Part shown: positions 16,377 to 24,214 of the stretch, one piece after another
How the letters are laid out: each line of letters starts with the position of its first letter
Numbering within the stretch: position 1 is the first letter of the stretch
Assembly (NCBI GenBank): GCA_041641035.1
Contig: JBEPZC010000001.1
Location: 1-27,870, forward strand
Direction: 5' to 3'
DNA from: Candidatus Bipolaricaulota bacterium
GTDB lineage: Bacteria; Bipolaricaulota; Bipolaricaulia; RBG-16-55-9; DRXL01
DNA: 27,870 bases
Notes under the pieces: generated by a model
What the model saw: the letters and a program-made list of their open reading frames with translations, nothing else
The model's database searches: none
Told to the model about the DNA's origin: nothing
Made by a program: the position numbers and the translations under genes

Positions 16377-17521
16377 AGAAGCTCTGGGGCGTTGCCGTAC
16401 TGTTGGTCGGCGTGCTCGCGGGGCTTGGCGCTCTGAGCATCTCTTTTGTTGGGAGTCCCGTGCCGATGCACCACTTTGAGACGGCTTTAGCACAGGCGCA
16501 TCCGTGGGCAACGGCTCAGCAGGACCCAGCTCAGACCTTCCCCACAAGCCTGCACGCCACCCGCGAGGGCAAGCGCACCTGGTACGGGAAGGAGAACGGC
16601 GGTTTTGAGACGCTCACGAACGTTCCTATCGAGAAGCTGGGATGCCTCGGCTGTCACCCTGGCACCTACGCTGACGGCTCCAAGGTCGATCCCGCTACGT
16701 ATCAGCCCGGGTGCCGAGACTGTCACGCGCAGCCCGGTGACAAAGTCAAGCAAGAGACGTGTCTCAAGTGCCACGCGCGCCAGGGGCTGGAGATGAAGCT
16801 CTACTCCGACGTCCACCGCGAGAAGAATCTGGAGTGCTCGAGCTGTCATACCAGCCGAGAGATGCACGGCGACGGCAAGGTGTATAAGTCGTGGCTAGAG
16901 CCGGGCGCCATGGATGCCTCTTGTGATAAGTGCCACACGACCATTGCGACCACCGTCTCCCACGCGATACACGCCAAGACAGTCGACTGCGCCAGCTGCC
17001 ACTCGCAGTCGGTCGTCGCCTGCTACAACTGTCACCTCGACAGCGCTGTAGCTGTCCCAGGAACCAAGCGCTTCTACGGGCCTGTGAAGGACTTCACATT
17101 CCTGCTCAACCGCCAAGGGACGGGCAAGGTCTACTCCGCCACGATCCAGCCGCTCGTTCACGGCGGCAAGTCCTTCGTGGCCATCGCGCCGTTCCGCGGA
17201 CACACCATCTCGAAGAAGGGGCGCGGCTGCGCAGAGTGCCACAACAACGCCATCATCCAAGAGTACGCCAAGACCGGCAAGATCACGGTCTCCAAGTGGG
17301 ACGGCAGCAAGCTCGTCTTCACCACGGGCGTCATCCCCGTGCCACCCGATTGGAAGACGGCGCTCTTGTTCGACTTCGTCGACTACACAGGAGACATCAC
17401 CAAGCCGGAGACCGATCCGACCAAGTGGGTCTTCCTCAAGTCCGGTGCAGACCTGATGCAGATGCTCTACGCTGACCCCTTGACCAAGGAGCAGATCGAG
17501 AAGCTCAAGCAAGCCCGCTAA
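16373..17521 (+). CDS. Secreted octaheme c-type cytochrome of unassigned family
   Basis: Signal peptide, 8 CxxCH, strong AGGAGG RBS, ATGA overlap with arsR. Confidence 0.88.
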   Translation: MKKLWGVAVLLVGVLAGLGALSISFVGSPVPMHHFETALAQAHPWATAQQDPAQTFPTSLHATREGKRTWYGKENGGFETLTNVPIEKLGCLGCHPGTYADGSKVDPATYQPGCRDCHAQPGDKVKQETCLKCHARQGLEMKLYSDVHREKNLECSSCHTSREMHGDGKVYKSWLEPGAMDASCDKCHTTIATTVSHAIHAKTVDCASCHSQSVVACYNCHLDSAVAVPGTKRFYGPVKDFTFLLNRQGTGKVYSATIQPLVHGGKSFVAIAPFRGHTISKKGRGCAECHNNAIIQEYAKTGKITVSKWDGSKLVFTTGVIPVPPDWKTALLFDFVDYTGDITKPETDPTKWVFLKSGADLMQMLYADPLTKEQIEKLKQAR

Positions 17522-17543
17522 AGCTCATACGGACGGCATTGGC

Positions 17544-17587
17544 AGGGGGCTTGGCCGGCTTCACGGCCAAGCCCTCTTGGTTCGTTT
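17544..17587 (+). terminator. Intrinsic terminator after the octaheme gene
   Basis: GGGCTTGGCCG-gcttca-CGGCCAAGCCC stem followed by a T-rich tail (TCTTGGTTCGTTT). Confidence 0.65.
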
Positions 17588-17652
17588 ATGACGAAAATCA
17601 TCTCTCTTTATGAGAGCGCTCATAGCATGGGCAGGGAAAGCGCGCCTATACT
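17588..17652 (+). promoter_or_regulatory. Tandem Crp/Fnr-like boxes and -10 for resABC
   Basis: ATGACGAAAATCAT (17588) and ATGAGAGCGCTCAT (17610), 22 bp apart. TATACT at 17647-17652. Confidence 0.7.
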
Positions 17653-17682
17653 CAAACTGAGCCGTAACGAAGGAGGCAGACA

Positions 17683-18282
17683 ATGGTGGCACGGCTGGTC
17701 GTCGCGGTCTTGATCGCAGCGGGGGCCATTGTGCTGGGGGTTATTAGCTATGCGTTCTTCACCGGCCGCAGCGATCTGAGCAAACTCACGCTCACTGAGG
17801 GTCGAGGGCTCTTCGTGGACGACCCCAAGGCCCTCATCGCAGAGACCGCCGCGAGCTTAGGGCATCTCGCCCCGGATTTCTCGTTGGAAGACCTCACCGG
17901 CCGGAGGGTGAGCCTGAGCGACCTGCGGGGCAAACCCGTCTTACTCAATCTCTGGGCGACGTGGTGCCCCCCCTGCCGCCAAGAGATCCCCGAACTCCAA
18001 GAATTCCATGAACGCTACGGGGAGAAGATCGCGCTCGTGGGCGTCAATTGGGGCGAAGACGCGAACACTGTGAGAGGTTTTTTGGCTCAGTTTGGCGTCA
18101 GCTATCTCAACTTACTTGACCCTCGCGGCACAACGTTTGTTCTCTATGGGCTGACGGGCATCCCCGAGAGCTTCTTCATCGACCCTGAGGGCTACATTCG
18201 TGGGGCGTGGATTGGGCCGATCACAGCAGAAAGTATCTCCAAGGGCTTTGCGCGGTTGGGGCTTCTCAAAGAAAGTGAGTGA
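17683..18282 (+). CDS. resA: ResA/TlpA thiol-disulfide oxidoreductase (cytochrome c maturation)
   Basis: N-terminal TM; APDFSL...GKPVLLNLWATWCPPCRQE...GIPESFFIDPEG. Confidence 0.9.
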   Translation: MVARLVVAVLIAAGAIVLGVISYAFFTGRSDLSKLTLTEGRGLFVDDPKALIAETAASLGHLAPDFSLEDLTGRRVSLSDLRGKPVLLNLWATWCPPCRQEIPELQEFHERYGEKIALVGVNWGEDANTVRGFLAQFGVSYLNLLDPRGTTFVLYGLTGIPESFFIDPEGYIRGAWIGPITAESISKGFARLGLLKESE

Positions 18283-18288
18283 TTCTCT

Positions 18289-20061
18289 ATGACCTGTGCG
18301 GCGTGCGGAACAGTCAATACCCCTGATAGTCGCTTTTGCAAGCACTGCGGCGTAGCACTCCAAGTGCTCTGTAGTCGCTGTGCCACGGCGAACACGCCCG
18401 ATAGCAGATTTTGTAAGGCGTGTGGGGCTGCTTTGACACAAGCGGTTCCAGCTCCACCGCCCCGCGCCACAGAGCTCGCGGTTGACGGTGCACTGCGGGG
18501 CAAGGTCGCGGAGGTCGTCAAGGTCTTAGGCGGGCTCAACTGTGGGCGCTGCGGCTATCGCACGTGCGCTGAAAATGCTCTGGCGATTGTGCGCGGGGAG
18601 GCCCCCCCACACTCCTGCGTCCAGGGCGGCGAAGAAGCTGCTCGTCAAATTCGCGCGATCTTGGGCCATCCTGAACGACCCAGCTTCGGGGCGCTGTTGT
18701 GGGAGCAGCTCACGTCGATTAAGCTTGCCATCGTGCTCATCGTCGTGATCGTCTTGCTCTCTATCATCGGCACGATCATCCCCCAAGGCAAAGATCTGCT
18801 CTTTTATATAGCTCGTTATGGAGAGGCCGGGACGAATATCATCAAAGCGCTCAAGCTCGACAGCCTCTATCACTCGTGGTACTTTGTGAGTTTGCTTGTG
18901 CTGTTAGCTCTCAATACCGGGGCGTGCGCGACCAAGCGCTTTCGCGTCTCGTGGGAGCTGGTGCGCAAGCCCGTCGAGCCCCGCAGCGCCGACGAGATCG
19001 CACAACTCCCAACCCAAGCCAAGCTCGCTCCTCATCTTTTTGAAAAGCTCGAAGACGCTCTCAAGCGCCGGCGCTACCGCGTGCGCCGCGAAGGCACGCA
19101 GCTCATTGCGTATAAGAATCTGTGGGGCCGGCTAGGCATCGATATCTTGCACGGAAGCTTGATCATCATTCTCATCGGGGGCATCGTCGGAGGGCTTCTG
19201 GGGTTTGAGAGTTTTCAGATCGCGCACAAGGGCGAGACGTTCACGATCCCCCAGGGCAACTTCCAAGTCCGCGTGGACGACCTAAGAGTCGTCAACTACG
19301 AGGGCTCCAGTCAAGTGAAAGACTGGTACACCACGCTCACGGTCATTGATGGCGGCCGCGAAGTGCTCACCAAGACCATCGAAGTGAACGAGCCGTTGAC
19401 GTATAAGGGGATCTCTCTCTATCAAGCATCGTTTGGCAGCGACTGGCTGGGCGGGGCCGAGCTGACGTTTCGCATCGAGCGCGTGAAGGAGGGAAGAGCT
19501 GAGCCGGTCAGCGAGATCACGACGAAGGTCGGCGCGACGTTCCCTCTTGAAGAGGGGCGCACGGCAAAAGTCGTCGCGTTCTATCCCGATTTTATCGTGA
19601 CAGAGCAAGGGCCGGCCAATCGCTCGCAAGCCCTCAACAACCCCGCAGCGTTCTTAGAAGTCTACAACGGCGACCGGCGAGAGTTCACAACGTGGACGTT
19701 TGCCCAGTTCCCCGAATTCCAGCACGACTTCGCCAGAGAGACCCCCTATCGGTTCTATCTTGTGGGAATGAAAGCCCCGGAGTTTACGGGGCTGCAGATC
19801 GCGCGCAACCCCGGAATTCCCATTATCTACGCTGGGTTTATTCTGCTGGTCTTGGGGCTAGCGTTGAACTTCTATCTGCCGCCAAGGCGCCTGTGGGCCG
19901 CCGTGAAAGAGAGCGCTCTGTATGTCGGAGGACTAGGGCGTGAGCCACGCGAGTTCGAGCCGGACTTCGAAGAGATCATCGCCGACCTATCCCAGGTATC
20001 CGCTCCTACAGAAGACTCAAAAGAAAAGACATTACTCAAGGAGGTTAGCAAGCATGGATAG
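18289..20061 (+). CDS. resB: ResB/CcsB cytochrome c biogenesis protein with N-terminal double zinc ribbon and Fe-S domain fusion
   Basis: ResB core: LTSIKLAIVLI...IIGTIIPQG, YHSWYF...CATKRF, ILHGSLII, VNEPLTYKGISLYQASF, LQIARNPGIPIIYAG. Residues 1-130 carry four CxxC plus CGRCGYRTC-x16-C. Confidence 0.9.
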   Translation: MTCAACGTVNTPDSRFCKHCGVALQVLCSRCATANTPDSRFCKACGAALTQAVPAPPPRATELAVDGALRGKVAEVVKVLGGLNCGRCGYRTCAENALAIVRGEAPPHSCVQGGEEAARQIRAILGHPERPSFGALLWEQLTSIKLAIVLIVVIVLLSIIGTIIPQGKDLLFYIARYGEAGTNIIKALKLDSLYHSWYFVSLLVLLALNTGACATKRFRVSWELVRKPVEPRSADEIAQLPTQAKLAPHLFEKLEDALKRRRYRVRREGTQLIAYKNLWGRLGIDILHGSLIIILIGGIVGGLLGFESFQIAHKGETFTIPQGNFQVRVDDLRVVNYEGSSQVKDWYTTLTVIDGGREVLTKTIEVNEPLTYKGISLYQASFGSDWLGGAELTFRIERVKEGRAEPVSEITTKVGATFPLEEGRTAKVVAFYPDFIVTEQGPANRSQALNNPAAFLEVYNGDRREFTTWTFAQFPEFQHDFARETPYRFYLVGMKAPEFTGLQIARNPGIPIIYAGFILLVLGLALNFYLPPRRLWAAVKESALYVGGLGREPREFEPDFEEIIADLSQVSAPTEDSKEKTLLKEVSKHG

Positions 20062-20935
20062 CGCGTTCTTCTTCTATCTGAGTGCCGTGGGGTACTTTCT
20101 GAGCTTTGTCTTCTATCTGCTGCATCTTATCGGGAGCCCTACAGATCAGAAATCTGGGCTGGGCATCGTGGCAGCGCCCCAGCCGTGGGTGCTCAAGCAG
20201 ACGACCTGGGGCAAAGTCGCCACAGGGACAACTCTTGTCACCGTGCTCATCAGCACGGTCGGGATGGTGCTGCGCGTTCTCGAGATGCATCGGGTGTCGG
20301 ACTTCTGGATGCTGCCGGTGACCAATACGTATGAGACGCTAGCGTTCTTCTCCTGGGCGATCCCCCTGGTCTATCTGCTCTTTGAGTGGCGCTACAAAAT
20401 CAGAGTGGTCGGGGCTTTTGCGACAGGGTTGGCGTTTCTGTTCATCGCGTTAGCGTCATCGCCGCTTTTGTCGAGCGAGGTCCGTCCGCTGGTGCCGGCG
20501 CTGCAGAGCTATTGGCTCGTCTTGCACGTCTTCTTTACGCTGGGCGGCGAGGCGTTCTTCGCTGTGGCGTTTGGCGCAGGTGCGCTCTTCTTATGGCTAC
20601 AGAAGCGTGGGGGGAATCTCCAGACGCTCAAGATGCTCGATAACCTGGGCTACAAAGCGATTGCCTTAGGGTTTCCGCTCTTCACGCTAGGCGGGCTGGT
20701 CTTTGGGGCGATCTGGGCACAGCATGCGTGGGGACGCTACTGGGGCTGGGACCCCAAAGAGACGTGGATGCTCATTACTTGGTTCTTCTATGCGCTCTAC
20801 TTGCACGTGCGGGTGAGGTGGGGCTGGCGCGACGCGAAAACGGCTTGGCTGGCGGTCGGCGGCTTCGCCGTCGCTATGTTTACGTGGTGGGGTGTGAATT
20901 ATCTGTTAGCGGGCTTGCATAGTTACGCAGGCTAA
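20054..20935 (+). CDS. ccsA: ResC/CcsA cytochrome c synthase (System II)
   Basis: WWD domain GAIWAQHAWGRYWGWDPKETW and LQSYWLVLHV. Start moved from 19940 to ATG 20054 (MDSAFFF). Confidence 0.95.
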   Translation: MDSAFFFYLSAVGYFLSFVFYLLHLIGSPTDQKSGLGIVAAPQPWVLKQTTWGKVATGTTLVTVLISTVGMVLRVLEMHRVSDFWMLPVTNTYETLAFFSWAIPLVYLLFEWRYKIRVVGAFATGLAFLFIALASSPLLSSEVRPLVPALQSYWLVLHVFFTLGGEAFFAVAFGAGALFLWLQKRGGNLQTLKMLDNLGYKAIALGFPLFTLGGLVFGAIWAQHAWGRYWGWDPKETWMLITWFFYALYLHVRVRWGWRDAKTAWLAVGGFAVAMFTWWGVNYLLAGLHSYAG

Positions 20936-20953
20936 CACAAGAAGGAGGTGATC

Positions 20954-21517
20954 ATGATGCTCAAGCGTATGATAGCCATTGCGCTCTTTGTGGCAGTCCC
21001 CTTAGGGGTGACTGTGATAGTGATGGCGTTGGCCCAGCAGCCTCCGGCTATTCCCAAGGGGCACGTCTCGATCAAGACGGGAGCCCCCGTCGAACTCTGC
21101 TTCCGGTGCCATAAGGCTCCACCGCCCTTGCCCACAGAGAAGACGTCGTTCTGCGCGACGTGTCATATCAACATTCACATAGAAGAGACGGAATTTGTCG
21201 ACGTGACGCGGGTGGGGAATCGCTCCAAGCACCCTGTAGAGTTCAACTGGGCAGCAGCGGATTGCTCATCGTGCCACACCAAGCCGCATAAGACGAAACC
21301 CGCGCCGCACCCGGTTACGGCGCAGCAGCCGTTGAGCGCCTTCTGTCAGCCGTGTCACTTGAACCCTGCAGACCCAGAGAAAGCCGTAGGCGGACAGGAG
21401 AAAGCTGGAGAGTTCTGCGCCGGGTGTCACCATATCGGGCTCAATCCGAAGCACGTGAAGGCCCCCGCTGGGGTCAAAGTTAACTTCTGCTTCGGTTGTC
21501 ATAAGACGACGCCGTGA
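20954..21517 (+). CDS. Small hexaheme c-type cytochrome (paralog 1)
   Basis: Signal peptide, 6 CxxCH; AGGAGG RBS favours ATG 20954 or 20957. Confidence 0.88.
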   Translation: MMLKRMIAIALFVAVPLGVTVIVMALAQQPPAIPKGHVSIKTGAPVELCFRCHKAPPPLPTEKTSFCATCHINIHIEETEFVDVTRVGNRSKHPVEFNWAAADCSSCHTKPHKTKPAPHPVTAQQPLSAFCQPCHLNPADPEKAVGGQEKAGEFCAGCHHIGLNPKHVKAPAGVKVNFCFGCHKTTP

Positions 21518-21522
21518 CAACT

Positions 21523-21587
21523 GTGACCAAGATCAACCGGAGCAATATCTCAGATCATAGACAGTGGCTGTGCACCCCAGCTAGACT
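21523..21587 (+). promoter_or_regulatory. Tandem Crp/Fnr-like boxes and -10 for the pentaheme-hexaheme-ttrBA unit
   Basis: GTGACCAAGATCAA (21523) and ATATCTCAGATCAT (21545), 22 bp apart. TAGACT at 21582-21587. Confidence 0.55.
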
Positions 21588-21656
21588 ATAAGGACAGAGC
21601 AGAGCCGAAAAGGAGGTGAATCAAGGAAGAATCTCACTACAGATAAAGGAGGTTTT

Positions 21657-22781
21657 ATGAGAGCTCGGATTTTCTCTGTCAGCGTACTGGTACTCAGCGT
21701 CGTAGCTGTGGGGCTTGTGGCATCTTCGCTAGGTCCTGCTGAAGAATGGCTCAAGAGCAAACACGCCAACCGCGAGACGGCTCTTGCTGAAGCGACGGTT
21801 GAGTCCAGGGGGCCATTGGCCGGACATTGTGGGCGTTGTCATAGCGAGCAGGGTTTTTTGGCGTGGTTGCCTCAGCTGATAGCAGGCAACCCTGGCTTGA
21901 TTATTGACCCCAGCACCGGCAAGCCCGCCGAAGTCCCCTATCTGGCCCAGCTTGGTTTGACCCAAGAGAAAGTCCAGCCCATCACCTGTACGGTCTGCCA
22001 TGGGGAAAGATTCGCCCTGCGCATTGAGAACAGCACGCCCCTGTTGCCATCGGGCTTTGCAGCCGTGGGCGTGGGCAAGGGTGCGCTATGCATGACCTGC
22101 CACAACACGCGCAACGGTCGCATCCAGTGGGATTCCTCTGATCCCAAACGCTACACCGGCCCGCACGAAGCCGCCCAAGCCGACGTCATCATGGGGAAGA
22201 ACGTCTACTTCTTCAATGACACAGCGGAGCTGGTCTCTCCCCATGCCGCGTTCACGGGCGATTCGTGTGTGACCTGCCATAAGACCTTGGGCAAGGAAGG
22301 GCATACGTTCGAGCCATCAGAGACGTCATGCGCCAGCTGCCACGGCGCAGCACTGAAGATCGAGTTTGTCACCGAGCCAACGAAGCACCTGCTGGGGCAG
22401 TTGAGGGTCGCTATCGAGAAGAAGGTGCTTGCTGCGCGCGACAGGATCAAGGTCGTGGCCGCATGGGATCCCAAGACGGGCAAGATCACACCTGACACGC
22501 CCATCGACGCCACTCAGATCAAAAATGTTGACTTCCTGACCATTTATGGCCAGCTGGCGTTCCAGTTCACTATGGCTGACGGCAGCGAGGTCTACAGCCA
22601 GATGGGAGGCGTCAAAGACGCCCCAGGCGATCAAGGCAAGCCTGTTTTCGCAACTGCAGACCCGGTCGTGCGAGCAGCTCATAACTATATGCTCGTTAAG
22701 TACGACGGGAGCAACGGCGTGCACAACCCCAAGTTCGTCCGCGATGTGCTGATCACAACGATTCGAGCGATGTCTCAATAG
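21657..22781 (+). CDS. Pentaheme c-type cytochrome (five CxxCH, no CxxCK), helical C-terminus ending DGSNGVHN
   Basis: Signal/TM; CGRCH, CTVCH, CMTCH, CVTCH, CASCH; AAGGAGG RBS. Confidence 0.85.
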   Translation: MRARIFSVSVLVLSVVAVGLVASSLGPAEEWLKSKHANRETALAEATVESRGPLAGHCGRCHSEQGFLAWLPQLIAGNPGLIIDPSTGKPAEVPYLAQLGLTQEKVQPITCTVCHGERFALRIENSTPLLPSGFAAVGVGKGALCMTCHNTRNGRIQWDSSDPKRYTGPHEAAQADVIMGKNVYFFNDTAELVSPHAAFTGDSCVTCHKTLGKEGHTFEPSETSCASCHGAALKIEFVTEPTKHLLGQLRVAIEKKVLAARDRIKVVAAWDPKTGKITPDTPIDATQIKNVDFLTIYGQLAFQFTMADGSEVYSQMGGVKDAPGDQGKPVFATADPVVRAAHNYMLVKYDGSNGVHNPKFVRDVLITTIRAMSQ

Positions 22782-22801
22782 CTTAGTAAGGAGGTCATAG
22801 T

Positions 22802-23344
22802 ATGCTCAAGCGATGGAGTCTTCTCGCGGCGCTCATTGTAGTCATGGGAGCTGTGGGTGCGATGGTCTTCGCTGTGGCCCAACAGCCGCCACCGCTGCCC
22901 CAGGGGCATATCTCCGTGCCTCCAGGCACCTCGGCAGCCACGTGCTTTGAGTGTCACCAGAGCCCGCCCCCGCTCAAGACCGAGCAAGTCGGCTTCTGTA
23001 AGACCTGTCACATCACGACGCATATCGTCACCAAGCCTGGCTTCACCGTCGAGCGGCCGGGGCCGCGGCCTAAGCACGTCATCGCCTTCGAGTGGACTGC
23101 GGCTGAATGCAACAGCTGCCACACGCCGCACAAGACGAAGGTCGCTAAACACCCCGTAGGGGAGAAGCAGTCCAACAGCAGCTTCTGTCTCCCCTGCCAC
23201 GAGACGCCCCAAGTTAAGGGCATCACCGGTCAAGAGAACGCCGGCGAGTTCTGTGCTGGGTGTCACAACCTTGGTTTGTCTCCAACTCACGTGCAGACTC
23301 CACCTGATGCGAAAGCGGTCTTCTGTTTCGGCTGCCATAAGTAA
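22802..23344 (+). CDS. Small hexaheme c-type cytochrome (paralog 2)
   Basis: Signal peptide, 6 CxxCH, colinear with 20954..21517 (shared AGEFCAGCH and FCFGCHK). Confidence 0.88.
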   Translation: MLKRWSLLAALIVVMGAVGAMVFAVAQQPPPLPQGHISVPPGTSAATCFECHQSPPPLKTEQVGFCKTCHITTHIVTKPGFTVERPGPRPKHVIAFEWTAAECNSCHTPHKTKVAKHPVGEKQSNSSFCLPCHETPQVKGITGQENAGEFCAGCHNLGLSPTHVQTPPDAKAVFCFGCHK

Positions 23345-23365
23345 CAACCAGATGGGGTGTGGGAG

Positions 23366-23394
23366 AGGGCCCTGGCTGCAAGAGCCGGGGCCCT
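23366..23394 (+). terminator. GC-rich hairpin between the hexaheme gene and ttrB (terminator-like or mRNA-stabilising)
   Basis: AGGGCCCTGGCT-gcaag-AGCCGGGGCCCT (12-bp stem with one G-U pair), followed by TGCTGTTCTT. Confidence 0.45.
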
Positions 23395-23425
23395 TGCTGT
23401 TCTTGCACCAACGAAGGAGGAACAC

Positions 23426-24202
23426 ATGACAGCGACTGTCGAGACAGAGAATGTCCTCGTGCGCATGCACCAAGACCTGCAGCGCGCTCTGCAGAAGCCC
23501 GTCACTCGTCGCAGCTGGGCTATGGCGGTAGACACCCGCAAGTGCATCGCGTGCTATGGATGCGTCATAGCCTGTATCGCTGAGAACGTGCTGCCGCCAG
23601 GAGTGACATATCGCACCGTGCTCGACATCGAGCTGGGCAAATACCCAAACGTCGAGCGCATTCTCAAGCCCATGAACTGTCAGCAGTGCGACAATGCCCC
23701 CTGCGTCCAAGCCGCCAATAACGTGGCTCCAGGGAGCATGGAGAAGCGCCCCGATGGGGTCGTCGCCGTAGATTACGAACGCGCCACCAAAGAAGCGTTT
23801 GAAGCAGCACAACGAGCGTGCCCCTACAAGCGCGCTGTCTATTTCGATGACGGACGCTTCTACACTGACGGCACACCTGCTCGCCAAGCCTACGAGATCC
23901 GGCCAAGCTTCGAGTATGGCAAGGCCTGGAGGCGCACAGCCGGAAGCCCTCCAGTCAACACGCTGCGCAAGTGCCACTTCTGCTTGCACAGGATAGAGAA
24001 CGGCGAATTACCGGCGTGTGTGACGACCTGCATCGGCGAAGCCATGTATTTTGGCGATCTCAGCGACCCCACTAGTCTCATTGCCCAGCTTCTTAAAGAG
24101 AATCGCGATAAAGTGATGCGGGTCCACGAGAGCAAGGGCACCCAGCCAAGGGTCTATTATCTGACGGACACGCCCGTGCTGTGCAAGGCCCAGCATCCAT
24201 AG
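23426..24202 (+). CDS. TtrB/NrfC/PsrB-family Fe-S subunit with only three predicted [4Fe-4S] clusters
   Basis: CIACYGCVIAC, CQQCDNAPC, ACPY and CHFC...PACVTTC (12 Cys in the motifs). Start moved to ATG 23426 after AAGGAGG. Confidence 0.9.
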   Translation: MTATVETENVLVRMHQDLQRALQKPVTRRSWAMAVDTRKCIACYGCVIACIAENVLPPGVTYRTVLDIELGKYPNVERILKPMNCQQCDNAPCVQAANNVAPGSMEKRPDGVVAVDYERATKEAFEAAQRACPYKRAVYFDDGRFYTDGTPARQAYEIRPSFEYGKAWRRTAGSPPVNTLRKCHFCLHRIENGELPACVTTCIGEAMYFGDLSDPTSLIAQLLKENRDKVMRVHESKGTQPRVYYLTDTPVLCKAQHP

Positions 24203-24214
24203 GAGGTGGAGCCT

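Noticed and set aside
21609-21660. Second perfect SD (AAAGGAGGTGAATC, also at 16356) with a possible 14-codon uORF ending on the pentaheme ATG
   Set aside because: The only start codon (GTG) lies inside the SD itself, so there is no support for translation.
21657-22781. NrfA ammonia-forming nitrite reductase
   Set aside because: It is pentaheme but has no CxxCK active-site motif, and I do not recognise NrfA catalytic residues.
3984-23344. Porin-cytochrome (Mtr/Pcc) extracellular electron transfer conduit
   Set aside because: No beta-barrel porin gene and no lipobox-bearing cytochrome is present in the window, so EET to minerals cannot be claimed.
23495-23530. Twin-arginine signal in the TtrB-like protein (VTRRSW)
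   Set aside because: No hydrophobic h-region follows; export by piggy-backing on the TtrA Tat signal is more likely.
6573-24214. Track start codons at 7775, 12270, 19940, 20948, 23357 and 24206
   Set aside because: These extensions overlap upstream genes or lie inside SD sequences; downstream ATGs give proper signal peptides or RBS spacing.
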